From assembly GCA_035084275.1 (NCBI GenBank), contig CM068749.1, positions 13,020,001-13,084,000 of the forward strand: a stretch of DNA of 64,000 nt, read 5' to 3'. The DNA is from Hydrolagus colliei. Its lineage: Eukaryota. A model generated the notes under the pieces. That model made no database searches and had not been told where the DNA came from. It was given only the letters and a program-made list of their open reading frames with translations. The translations under genes and the position numbers were made by a program. Position 1 is the stretch's first letter, and the number at the start of each line of letters is the position of its first letter. Shown here one piece after another: positions 48,174 to 61,820 of this stretch.

Positions 48174-50475
48174 GTTACATCCCCAGGTCTTTGCATCTTG
48201 AGCAAAAACTCAAAGCTGCACCGAGCAACTATAATTAACACGAAAAAGAAACATTACAGTGCACTAGATGGAAAGGTATCAGAGGACGATCATGAGATCG
48301 GTTCATCATTAAGCAAGTGATGTACCAGGTATTACCATGGAACCATGAACCCAAATGCACCTGGGCTCTCTATTGGCCCCCAAAGGAAACCTCTGTGAGG
48401 CCCTTCTGGAAGTGCTTACTCATATGAAGTTCGCCGTGTCAAAACTGATGAAAATAATATCATACAATAGTTTCCACTTTGTTTAAATCGACCACTAATT
48501 CCAGGAAATTTAAGAATAAGCTGGGGAGTTGTGCACTAATGGCAATGCAGTCGGGAGCTTCAAGTGGACTAAGTAACCCTTAGATTTCAAAGCATGCAGA
48601 ATACAAAGCCAATCTGGTAACAGTAATGAGAAGTCATAACCTTCTCTCCCCCTCTCCTTCCCCAAAAAGCTATGTCCCCAGTGATCATCGATGTGGTACC
48701 TGATAGGAGATCTAAAGGGCTATCTGTAGTTGGCTTCATTGTCATATGTTCGCTTAAATCACAAGAGCCTATCTATGTGTGAGGGCTGCAGAAGCTGTGA
48801 GGAACCATCTGTCAAGCAATTAGTTTGACAACCGCCTTGTGTACCCATTAGTTTTTTTTAGCCAAAGTGTACGTTATTTGAACTAGACCAAAGCCTGCTG
48901 CAGAACAATAGTGAGAAAGAAAAACTTACAACCAACTTGGATTTTTTTTTGTAAAAAAAATTTACTTCATGTTCACAAACTCTCAATACTTAAAGATGGC
49001 AGTATTAAATTTGTGATGTCACAGTTATGTGAGTCTTGCCTTATTTCTTTATCATGCTAGCTAACTGACTGCGCAGATTTGAATCTGAATATGGGGAAGA
49101 ATATAATTAAAGTATTAATGCTGGAAATTCAGAAAACAAAGGTGTTTACATTTACTAACTCCTGTGGGAAGGAACTGCGTTGACACAAATTGCAAAGCAA
49201 TGATTTCCTTAATTATGTTTCATTGGTAATTTTTTTTACCAGTACTTAATTCTGTCGTGAGACACTAAAATCAGAAAGGGAATCTCACTAAGACTTTAAT
49301 TTTCACAGATAGATCTTTGGCCACAAGATCACTAGTAGAGACTGCATAAACAGTTAGTTCTTTAGTTTTTTTTCAGGATTTTTGGCTTTGTTATTGGAAT
49401 AGCACCATTTATATTGTATATCATAGTTTTCAACTGTAGACAATTATGTTACTAATTTATTTCTTCATTGTTTCATCTTTGTGTAAAATGACAAAGCCAA
49501 ATGAATGCATTTGTTCACTGTAGCGCCTTTCAGATATTAGCAGCTACAGTCAGTTCAGGGACAAACGTATCTTAAAATAATCCCACATTTCATTTTTATA
49601 TATATATGTGTATATATATAATGTGAATCTGAAAATGTAAAAATTAAAGGCTGTTGTAAAATGATGTGACCCAAGGTTCCATCTTTAGCTGAATGGGGAA
49701 ATTTAAAGTTGAAACTTTGCATTAAATAAAAAAATTCTGTCTTGTAAACTGTATGTTCTATACCAAAGACGGTAGTTAGGTTATGTTTTCTGTATTCAGT
49801 TGTCTCACTGCAGTGCAGAATGTAAAACCGTAATGTTTATTTTAATGGACACAAGCTTGAAAACAGCTTTGTGTTCTACGAATGTACAGTAAGGCAAACT
49901 ATGCCTTATGTCTGTACTCTTAGTTGCCAGCTCCAGGTCTTAGGAAACCACCCTTATTGATGTCTTACAGAACACTGTACAGCTAATTATCTGTTGCATT
50001 GTTTACAATTATTTTAGAGACTATTATATGGGTATATTGCCCAGATTTCAATCAGAATATTTTTACCTTGCTATTCCAAGGATACTGCCAGGCTAATAAA
50101 GGGCAATACTTACATTGCTCAACACCGTAAGTTCAGAGCGCTGTGGTAATTGTTTTATCTGGCATGCCCTGATCGTAAATATAAGCGGACACAGAAATCA
50201 CAAAATAATGTTGAGCTTTACTGTTTTATTACTGTGCTCTTTTTGTGTGAACAGACATTCTGTTGTGTCAGTACTTGCGATGTATTACTGATGTTCTGCA
50301 ACTGCCTTGGATTTCAGACCATTCTACTACTCGGTGTGCAGTTACTTGGTTCATGACTCTAAATGTACTATATTAAGTGGAATGACTTACTGTCATATCA
50401 TTTCTTGCCAAGAGTTTCTTTACACTGATGGAATTTTTCAGTATTTCAATAAATAATGATATGCGCGGCATATCA
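48174..50475 (+). other. nr5a2: nr5a2 3' UTR (end estimated)
   Basis: Follows the TAA, has no recognisable repeats, is AT/U-rich and ends near AATAAA at 50448-50453. Other AATAAA hexamers lie near 49725, 50095 and 50693. Confidence 0.65.
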
Positions 50476-50500
50476 GTGGTTGGGTCATTACGTTTGTTCA
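50448..50500 (+). promoter_or_regulatory. Most likely polyadenylation signal with downstream GU/U-rich element
   Basis: AATAAA at 50448-50453, upstream TGTA near 50363, and gtggttgggtcattacgtttgttc about 20 nt downstream. Confidence 0.55.
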
Positions 50501-51639
50501 TAATCTTTTTATATGATGTACAAAAGCTGTGCGGTGAGTTTCACAGAAAAATAGGAATGAACATTTGACCACATTGCTTGCTTCTTGAAGTAGATCATTC
50601 ACAGTGGGCAGATTCCATTCATTCTAGTACTGTACTACAGTACTTTCTTCGCAAACACACCTTATGGAACCATTATTTTATCTTTATGTTCAAATAAAGA
50701 ACGTTTGCAGACATGATCTTACCGAATGAACAAATATCATTGTGCATTGTTTCTTACCTATTGAATGAATGACTAACAATTTCTGACTCAGTTGCTCATT
50801 TCCACAATGCCAAACATTGGGCTGCAACCACAGCAACTAACTTTCTTTTACCACGTGACATAACATCTGCAAATGTACTTAGATCTGAAGTCATTTCTCA
50901 GGAAAATGCAAATTCTCTAAAAATGCCTTTCTCTGCTGAAATCTTCAATTATCCCCATCCATGGGTGCCTTCCTTTAAAGTGGTGCCCCACCTGACTTGT
51001 TTTAAAACTTCAGTTACATTTTTACATTCTGTAAATCCTGAAATCTGCACAGTCACTTCAAAGTTCACCTTGAAAAGACAGTCGCTACACGTTACAGTAA
51101 AATCCTGCGAAGCACTTTGAGGCATTCTCCTGAGGCGGGCAGCGCTATTCCAGATACAAGGATTACTATTAAATTTCACACTGCATTTGTATTTAGATTT
51201 CTTGTGGAATTAAACATCATGATTGTAGATCAATGCTTATTACTTTCGTATATCGGTTTGGGTATATTGCCCAGATTTCAACCAGAATATTTCTACCTCT
51301 GTTTTTCTCCATGCATGTTTCTGTCTTTTTCATCATTGCTGAGGTCACATCTTATGCATGCGTCTGTGTATGTCGGGAAGAGTAGTGCCCTAGTGGCCTT
51401 AATGTTGTAGGCATATTGTAAGAGGGTTCACACCTACACACTTTAGCAGGGGTTGTCCTAGTTAAAATATATACACACAATGAAAGGGTATAAATCAGCT
51501 GGGCCTTCACCTATACAGTATTCGGAATAATTGTCTCAAAAGCAGCTGATATCAGCCATTCAACAATAGCTAATGCTGGCTCAAAATAGGAATATCACGA
51601 TATAGGTTTTTGATGATACTATAACAACAATTTCAAGAA

Positions 51640-51737
51640 CAATAACAACAACAACTTAAACCTATAAAGCGCCTTTCACGTCGGGAGGACGTCCCAAGGC
51701 GCTGCACAGGAGGCGTGTGACCCGAGCTGGGAGGGGA
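51640..51737 (-). mobile_element. L2 tail, CpG-intact
   Basis: aacaacaacaac...agcgcctttcacgtcgggaggacgtcccaaggcgctgcacag. Confidence 0.8.
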
Positions 51738-54571
51738 TTGATTTCAATAAAATATCATGGTGCACAGAAGACCAACATTTTATAAAGGAGTCAGAAAACC
51801 TACCATTTGCCAAGATTTTATTTCCCAGACAAATGTTAATTATCCTTCCAATTAATTTCTCCCAATTATAGCATATGATGGATAGCCACTGTTAAAGAAC
51901 ATCAGATTCCAATTGGTTCTGCTTGTGACTTCATGCAAACAAGTGGCAGTTATCATTGTTGTCATTGTTATTATTATAATGCAGTACATTCCTGTTCACA
52001 GGAATAACTCTTTATGTATAAGTTTCATGTTTGCAGTTTAGTCCATTTTTACGAGTTCTAACAAATGAACGTTATGGCTTCCTTGCTATACTTTGCAGTA
52101 CATGCTTACAATGGTTCTTGAAGTTGAATCTTTAGTGGCACAGCATGTAATCAATGCCTTGTGGTTATCCAACATTGTTTTCTATGTACAACTCCGACAG
52201 TGCTCATTACCATTTCTTCTCTTATTCACTGAGCTGATTCACACTACTTGACATATTTAAACATCAACACAAACATTCATTGACTACCATTAAGCAGGGC
52301 AAATAGCACAGGTCCTGCTTTACAGAGGAATCATCATTCATTTAAGGTTCCTACTGCTAGAGTCTGGTCTCATTTTATATCTGAGCTCTTTAAATGGAGG
52401 CTGTGATATTTGACTACGAAGTCTCCCATACACCTTAGAAATTATTTGTGCAACCATGACTTTAGACAACTCAAACTTCCACCAGTATAATTTTTTTTTA
52501 AAAAACAGTATCTGTCGTACGATTGATTAAGAAAAACAGTTTGTAAATAGTTTCTGAGTGCATCTATTCTATGAAAAAAAACATGCCATTCCTAATTGGG
52601 TTCTGCTGCTGGTTTGATAGTGTTTTAGTCAAGTGGGGCACAGTTGGCGCTATAAACAAAGCAAACTTTCCCTGTTACTATGACTGATAGCAAACATTTA
52701 GGTGTCAGAAAGGGCCTCACCCTTAATGATGACAGAGCACCCATTATCACACAAGTTTATCTGATTCCTTGAAGACACTCGAGAGCATTGCTTGCCACAC
52801 ACAGAGGCTCCTACCACTGCATCATCACTTTCTAATCCAACGTGCAACGGACACTTATCATTTTGACTCAAGTCAGTCCAAGTATAAACTGCCAACTCGC
52901 TTCAGAGATGTGGATTTCAAAGAGCAGGAGGGTTCCTCGTCAAACTCCGTGGGGACATGTAGGCTGCAGCCATCTTCCATTGACTCCAGGCCACCAGGGA
53001 GTGAGCAGTCAGCTTTGCAACCCTGGAGGTAGATTTAGAAACATGTTGTGTTAGAATGAGGAACAACATTTCATTTCGTAAAGCTTTGATGTCCCGGAAA
53101 CTATTACTATCTATCAAAAGAGTTATGGATGATTGATATCGGTCCCCAGTGGTCATGGACTAATTGGTTTGATCTGTACTGAGAGGCACCACCTGTTTCA
53201 CTTGAAGCCACCCAACTCCCAATTTGTAATGTTGATAATCGTTTTTGCTAAACTAGTGGTGACTCTTGTTCCTTATTATTTCTTTGTGAGATTACATATT
53301 GAAATAAAACATTGGGTGATTATTATCCTCCGCAAAGCCAAACATACCCATTACAGGATAATCCAGAAAATGGATTTGCATGGATTGAGTTAAAAGGATG
53401 CTTTCCATCAAAGCCTATTTTTATTTAAATAAACTTGATTTTTTGCAATCACTTCCATTTGTTAAAAAGTTTATAAATAAAATGGAAATTGCCACTCAAT
53501 AAGTCCCATTAGAACCACCCCATCCACCCACCTACCCCCCGCCCACCAACCCCCTCCCCCCCGCCACCACCCCCCACCCAGTTCCCAACAAGTGGTTTAT
53601 ATCAACGACTAATAAAAAAAATCATAGCATTCAGAAGGATTCTACAGATTGTACTAAAGGAAGCTGCTGCTTTTCTTTCCATTCAGTGGCTAAGATCACT
53701 GAAGCTCTACAGCAACATTTCCAACATTCTAATAATTAACAGAACAATGGACAAGCTTTAGAAAAGCGATTTGTCAATTTCAGAATAAGGGCACACAATT
53801 CATCCTCTTACAAGAAGTTGCAGCGGCATTCAAACTGTACAGGCATAGCATAAAAGATTCAAGGCCATCAAAAACCCACAAGCAAGTGCAAGTGCTATGA
53901 AAAAAAATCCATTTGCAACACAAAATAGAGCAACCCCACCTCCCCCGCCCCACTCCGCACCCCCTAAAAATGCCATTATTGTAAAGAGGGTTTCAAGAAT
54001 GCAAACAGTCCATAATGTTAGCTGGAAAATTTTCTGTCTTCTCAGTGGAGTTTTTCCTCCTAATTTTGGCAGCTGCTTCTCATTTGCCTTGCATTTGGGG
54101 CGTTCGGTAAGAAAATTTATGTTAAGCTTTCCACAATTATGGCAGCAATGTTCATTGATGAGCAAAGTGTGCAGGAGGAACCAACTAAAACAGACATTGC
54201 CAAATTCACAAACTATCAGCGACTACCCTTTCCAGAGTTTGCTTTATTCTGCTTAAAATAAATGTGAATATTAGTATCAGTTTTTTTGGGGGAATGGCTA
54301 AAACAGTATAGCTTATATACTGCTTTTTCCAGTTTGAGAGTACAGGTCAGATGGAGTTGCATAGTAGCAGGCGGAGAAGGGTATAGTTACCAACATTGAA
54401 TAAAAACAGGACATGAGGACGCTACTTGCTTCTTGGTATAAAAAACAACTGAAATTGCACAAGACTACATTTTCAGCCAGATAAAAGTATTTGAAAATAC
54501 AGTATAGTGCCATTATTGGTATATTGGTGAATCACACTATCTTAACTAAAGGCACTCACTGCCTTTATAAT

Positions 54572-54668
54572 AATATTAATAATAAGCCTTGCATTTGATA
54601 TGGTGCTTTTCATGTCTTCTAGACGTCTCAAAGCACTTCATAGAATATATTGTAAAGTGAATTGACTT
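54572..54668 (-). mobile_element. SINE tail
   Basis: cttgcatttgatatggtgcttttcatgtcttctagacgtctcaaagcacttcatagaatatattgtaaagtgaattgact. Confidence 0.85.
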
Positions 54669-56739
54669 ATTACACAATTTACTTCAAACAACTCGCAGAC
54701 AGCCCATTAACGGCATAGACTCCACAGGTGAGAAGAAGCCAGGCAAGTGCTGCTCAGGCTTCGGAATGGAAAGTGATATAAAAAAAATGCTTCCCTCAGT
54801 AGAAGAGAAAAGTTCCTGAATAAACCACACTTAACTGCCCAGTTGTTCTGCGTCGTGGTCGTCTGGGTGCCAAGTGTTGCAGCCCAAACATTGCACTAAC
54901 AACTGCTATTTGATTGACTTGGACCCCCTTGAGAGGGCTGTTTCCCAAGCTGATGTGAACCTGGGACTTGGTCCAGTTGTAGTCGCTTTAAATCAAAAAC
55001 AGCTTTGTTGGTTCTTAACACCAAACAATATGCTTAGACTAGCAGTACATCCCATTCAGCCATGTTGTGATCAAAGAGAATATTGGATCAGCAGAGGGAA
55101 TACTGGTTTGCATCTGCGGCGGTTTAGCACTGCTTCATGTCACCATAAGCACCCGACTGTCAAGCTGTCAGCGACCTATCACAGCTACTACTTGTTACAC
55201 TGCTGCTCCCCTCAAGTTTCTGTCAAAGCCAACATCTCTCACGCACTGGAAACCAGAAGAGGGAAACAATACAGGTCTGTGAGATTTAAAACTGGGTTAG
55301 GATTAACGAAAGGTTCATGAGGGAGATGCTCTCCAGACTCGCACTCAAGTGCAGAGCCTGATAATCTAGAGCTAATCATAGGCATAAATTATAGATTATA
55401 TTTATGAAGCAAATGTATTTAATCAAACCATAATTTATTAAACTTCCCCTGACACAATACTCAGGATCTTAGATAAAAATTGAGTGTAGGACGGTACTCT
55501 ATTACTAACCTATGATTATTGTAAAGAGAATTTCAGGAGAAGAGTCTGGAGTTTAGATTTTTAAGGGTGGATTTAAATAAGATTTTTTTAATGGTGTTTT
55601 AGGGGTTCACTGTTTAATAAATGAGTGCCATGCATAAAGATAAGGTACATACTGCACTCTTTGGATCTATATTGTTTAACTCTCTTCATTTCCAAAGGAC
55701 AAAATGTATTTAACTATGAGCAATACTCAATTTCCACAGACAGACTCCTGTTGCTTTATCGTGCTTTCATTTGATATCAATTGTGAGTACTGCAAACAAT
55801 AATACAACAGCACTCTGACTGTGAGTCTGAGTACTAGCAGGAGCTAACCTTTCAACCATCACCACATACAACAGATCAGCTCTCAGACTGACTTCAGTCT
55901 GCAAAGCCCTTGAATTTCAGCTTGTGGAGAAACAAGGGCAGAGTTTCAGCACAACAGATGTTTCTGATCAGTTTGAAAACGTGCGGGAAGGTGCAGTAAC
56001 ACCAGCATCAAGCACTTTTACCACACCAGGGCTGCAATATGATACTGGCTTATGTACACTAACATAGCCTCACATGCTGCTCTCTCGTATAAGGCTGTTA
56101 AAATGGGGATAGCATCGATCCATAAGAAATGAGACGATCCTTTCAACAAGTCAAATTGTCTGTCAGCATTCACTGCACTTCACATGGGAACGTATTTGGA
56201 GTTGAGTATCCAGTTTATAAACAGCAGTGAGAACAGAAGTTCGAAGTCCCTTTTTAATGTAAATATTGTGAAATCTTTCAAGTTGGATACAGAGTAAAAA
56301 GGAAATGGCCTTTCTTTTTCCAAAGCACAGTATTAATCTGACATTGATGTGAAATTCAAACTACCGCACCAGTAGAACTGTATAGGCATCTCCTGTTGAT
56401 ACCTGACATAAATATACCTAATCCAATAAAAAAATACCATTGTACATGTGATTCTTATTAACAAAGAAGATTAACGTCTCCCATGAGCAAACCTGAGAGT
56501 TATTACTAAACATTTAAACAATCAGATAAGACTTGACTTTGCAATTTAAAGTCCATCAATTGATATTTCTGTGCTCATGGCCAGTCTGGGAGTTAAACCA
56601 AACTCCCATACAATGCCAGTTGTATGGGAGTTTGGTTTAATATACCAGTCTTCAAAATCTCATAATTCTGAATTCCTACTTTATATCATAATCTGCTAAA
56701 GTCTGGTATAGTTGCTCGAAACAGTTTCTCAATCCACGA

Positions 56740-56920
56740 AGACCCCTCATCCAGGTACTCTTCCATTCTGCTTCTATTTTTGAAATAATTAGTTCTCCAA
56801 ATTTTGAGATCAGGCTAATGAGTCTACAGTTACAAGCAGCGGTTCCATTAACCCTCTTCATAACTGCAACCACATTTGCCTATTTCCAGTCCAGCTGAAC
56901 CTGCACAGTGTTCCACACTC
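56740..56920 (-). mobile_element. Very decayed CR1-type reverse transcriptase fragment
   Basis: DWK*ANVVAVMKR...CNCRLISLISKFGELI resembles DWKxANVxPxFKKG...NYRPISLTSxxGKL. Confidence 0.65.
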
Positions 56921-59900
56921 CCTCAGAATCGCTTTCCTTGTCTCTCTATCTTGTGACGTATTTTATCCCGTCTTTTTTGAAATTTTGAGTCATGAAGGCA
57001 GGACTAAGGAAACTAAAAAGAAAATTCTAATAACAATTCTTACATTTGATATAGTGCCTTGTCACATCATTGATGGCCTCAGAGTACATCACAGGAATTC
57101 ACTGTGAAATTATTTGCCACTTCCATTATAGAGACATACATGTGAGCTGAGCAGTGGTCAGTTTTAAACAATTACTTTGTGCACTCATGAGATTCATGAC
57201 CTTTGCTCCTTCCACCTTGGCTCTGGCTGATCATGAAGCATAAGTACACAAACCACATGCTGCAGAAATTGGTCTCCACTGAGCAAGCTTGAATATCACC
57301 ATAACAAAGAGTGTTAAGAAATTTTATGTTTGAAACTTGGGGAATATTTTTTAGCTTCTGCTTATGTATCAGAACATACCAATTTCAGGACAACTATGGG
57401 ATATTGATTTCATAATCATATTCAAAATATCTGTTGTGCATTCGTATGATGAAAAGAATCAAGCCGAGATATGCAAAATATAACATTGCTGATACTGGTA
57501 TAGAAGTCTCGAATAGCACATGAATAATTAAGTCACTTAGCAGTTATCAGAATCTCTCACCAATGAAATGAAGCCTATATTTTACACTTCTCCATTGAAT
57601 TGCCTATAATGCCTAGTATATATACATGTACTATTCCTTTCTAAGCTATATTTGACAGCAGATTTAATTAGTCTGCATTGTATCAAGGGGCTTTAGATAT
57701 TTTTTTTTTTAAAAAGTGTTTTAGAGAAGTAAGTGATCATTATTGTAGAGAATGGAGAATGATTAACCAGGGGCTGTAATTTACATCCTCTACAGAATGT
57801 TTAAATATTTGCCTGCTAGGTAAGTATACTTGGCAAACAACCTGTTTGCTATGTAGACATCTTGGACTCCTGAAAAACATGGTAAAATTGGAATCTTGAT
57901 CCTTTAATTATAAATCACATCCCAGGACAAATATCTCTAAAGATACTATTTCATCAGCATTTCAAAGGACATTGCTGAACAGTATCTACAAATCTGAGAA
58001 GCCCTGTTCTTTCGCTTTTCCAGAACAACTTTATAAATAAAAATAAGAACAATCCTTTCATTTGATATATCATGTCATGATATAATGGGATTGTTGTAAA
58101 GTGTAATGACTCTGTATTTGCAGGCAAATTTATTGAAACATACCGCCTGCCTGGTACATTTTAAAATGGATTCCTTAGTAAGAAAATTTATTCACACCAA
58201 TGGAATTAAGTCTGGTACCAGAAGTACGTCACGCTGACCCATTCTGCCTCAATACGATTGATTCCTAGATCTGAGCCACCCAGATCTCCCAAAATTGTAA
58301 CAGGATTGCATAAGATGAAATCCAATCCATTATTGTTCAATTTCATCTTCTTTTCATTTGTTTCTGTTGATCTATAGTGCAAGTGCTTCATGGAGACTTG
58401 GGCTCAATGGCCTTCCTTTTTGAAACTTCTCGTAATCTTGCGAGCCCATTTTCCAGGGGAACAATGGTACTACAAGGCACCATTGAGGTCTAAGATGGCA
58501 TGTCAATGCAATATTGTGACAATTTCAACTTGCTATAGTTATTTCAAACACAACCCACTTTGCCATGGCATATTCTATGAATCAATTGTTCCCGAAACAC
58601 TTTGAAGGAGGAAACTATATTAGCCGATTAGGGAAGAGGGGACAAAGAAACAAAACATAAAGTCGCAAAATAATTTTATTTTCCCTTTTTTTTTGTAACA
58701 ACAATTTTGCCCAGTGCCAGTGCTGATCTTGAACAGCTGTTAAAATTGCCTGCAGTCTGTTTGCAAGGCTATTTGCCTTCCAGCATTTTAAGTAGGCACC
58801 TCGTCTGGTAAAAGGTCTCAGCTGAAATGTGAAATACACAGGGGTTGTAAGTGAGGGCAATTATGTAAACAACCACCCAATAGCAGCGTTGCTGTGTGTA
58901 TCTATGAATTGAAATGTTAAAAGAAAATTTGAATTATCCACACACTGTAAAAAGCTCTTGCTTTAGCCCATACAGACTCTGATAGCGTGAAGGAACAATT
59001 CTCACAGTTACATAACCTGTTTGAGCAATGCGTGCAGAGCCAGCAACAAGAAAAGAAGCTCAGGATAAAGATTACCTAACGTAAAAACCTGTACCTTTCT
59101 ATGGCAGTTCAGAAACATTTCCAATTACATTAATTGGAAATCCTGATAAAGTCATATGGTTGGGACAAAAAGCAATTTCCTTACATTTATCATGTAAAAC
59201 GTTATTGCAATGTGGTCCAATTTGATCTGGTTAACTTTTGAGATCCCAATTTATCAAACCATTGAATTTAAGGATGCATTTTCATTTTATAGTCAAAACA
59301 TTTAAGAGCAGTTGCAGTCATCATTAATTATGGGAATAAATTGTACAGTACATCCAAGAGCAGAGGTGTTTGAGAACCGAATCTCAATGTAGGCAAACAC
59401 AGATTTAGTTCTTCAACATTTTAGTCCTTTATTGTATTGAGCATAAATATTCTTAAATATCACCCATAATACTTACTGTGACTGGAATGTCAATTGTTGC
59501 ACAGCAAGGTTAAATATATGGGAATATTATACAATTTTCAATAATTTATAACAAATTTATGACAACAGAGATGATGCTTCAATGCTACAGAATCAATAAT
59601 TGATTATCCTAACTCCAGTATACTATATATTGTATCATGTATATAAAGTGTTTATATTGTAGACATTTGGTCCTGTAGGATAACCTTTGCTTTGCAAAAC
59701 ATTTGAGTCTATGTGGCCAATATTAATGATTGTCAATAATAACGAGGTCATTATAATGGAATTTTTCACAAGCAACAAGATTGCTATTTTTAATAGCAAC
59801 AAGGTATAAACCCCAATAGCACTTAACAGCATTTGAGATAGCTGCAACTTACAATTCAGCTAAATATTATTTATTATTTATCAAAATGATCAGCTGTACA

Positions 59901-61624
59901 GCATGCATCTTACAATATGCTTACAACATGTAAATTCACTTTTTCTCTCTGATTGATTGCGGCATTAATAACAATTCTTACATTTGATAGGTTTAGAATA
60001 TTTAAACCTTACAGTTTGAGTTGATGATGAACTTAAACCGAACAGATGAAAAAATCTTTGCCCTCCTCATTTTTATACAAGTTAATAATTTGTTGATGTG
60101 AGCATCTTAAAACTTAAATTACCGCAAAAGTTTTAGTATGCCAGAGATGATTTAATGCCCATTACACAGAGCAATGTAGATTTGATCTAGAAACAAGAGG
60201 AGGTGAAAGCTGCCTGTGTTAGACCAGTAGATGGATGATGATTATGGGTGAATGGGCCTTTTCTTGCTCTAGCAATGGTCTCAGAAATTCAAGCAACATA
60301 TCATATACAGTACACAGTACAAATTGACATTAATTCACATTGGAAAGACGTCCTGAGGTGCTGGACTGTCAGGGTTTCAACCCAAGCTGAGGTGGGAGCT
60401 GGTGGGGGGGAGAAAGATGGATATAAAATGGAACAACAAAACAAAAGATCGAGTACAACAGAAACGATACTGTGGTATATTAAATCCATCTGTACAATTA
60501 GTTGTCTTCCGTATCCAGGAACCTGATGCTGATCAAGACACAGTTATAACTTACAGAGTTTAGACATTGATTTGGGGTGCATTGAACAAGCAAGCCACTG
60601 CTAATGTACAGATAGAATTCCATGCACAGAACACCTGCAACTAATTGTTTAGGCATATCTGCCCACTGAAGTTAATCAGGTCCCAGAACTGCACTGAGAT
60701 ATACAGAGCGGGCTTATGATCAGTCAGTCTGCACTTAAACCTCTCCCAAGAACTCCAGAGGGTTGTAAAAACAAAGAATGCTAGAGGTGCAGAAAAGCCT
60801 CCTGCCCTGAAGGTAACTATCCATTCCAACCACCTTATTCCAATCAAATTATTGGACTATCTGTCTATTATTATTGGTTAAACTAGATTACTACTATTCT
60901 TGATTTGGTGAAGTCTGTTTTTTTTCTTTAAAAAAGTGCACTTCATATGAAGAACTGCATATATTTTTGACCTATAGCCTGGGGATCTCACTTAATTCAT
61001 CAACCATAGTCTCAAAAGGAAAACAGACAAAAATGTGTTTCAAAGTCTCAGCAACTTGGCTGTCCCATTGCCTTTTGCTATTAATATTATTGCTATTTGG
61101 CAACCGTTGCTATTAAAGATACCTTTTCCTGGTCACCGACTTTCTAGCTACTTCAGTTCTACAGTCTGATTGCAATTAGCTCACAGCAGCACCAGTGTTA
61201 CCGCCTTGTACACACAATTTTTTTTATTTATTTGTGTGGCTGAATAAGGTAGACATTGAGTTGCACTGGGAATAGAATCAGTTACTAATTGCAGCAAATT
61301 CATGTCGTACCAATTTAATGAGCCAAGTTTACTCAATGACACTCAATGATTAGACTCATGGATCAGACTTCAGGCGGGAGTAGGTGTAGTTTATTTAACT
61401 TTCCCCATCAGTCCCTGTATTTTTTTTAAGAAACGAATGATTCTTTTTGGGTGGTTTTGAAAGTTCTTCTGAATGCTATTATTTCTTTCACATCCTCCAC
61501 CAAACTCTTCTGTAGCACGGTATATCGGTTTCACCACTACTTTTAAAGATTCAGTCAGCAGCAAACTCGCACATCAAAAAAGTAAAGTAAGAGATATAAA
61601 CCCTATCCCTTGATTTTGCAGACC

Positions 61625-61820
61625 TCGGGTTTCCTGGCCCGCAATCCCCAAGATCAAATTAGTTATTTACCATTGTTGTTTATGGGTCATACCTGCTCAC
61701 AAATTGGCTGCTGTTTTCGCCTACAAAATACAGTTATTTCACTTTGAAGTAAATCCTTTGAAGCACATTGAGCACCCATTATGAAAGGTGCTGTATCAAA
61801 ATGCACTTATTATTATTATT
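61625..61820 (+). mobile_element. Deu-type SINE 3' half
   Basis: tcctggccc...ttgtttatggg...cacaaattggctgctgttttcgcctacaaaatacag...atgaaaggtgctgtatcaaaatgc(att)n. Confidence 0.75.

Noticed and set aside
54874-55320. 148-aa ORF downstream of the gene (and the 87-aa ORF at 52769-53032)
   Set aside because: Non-ATG starts and no domain recognised; at most faint LINE endonuclease-like remnants that I cannot support.
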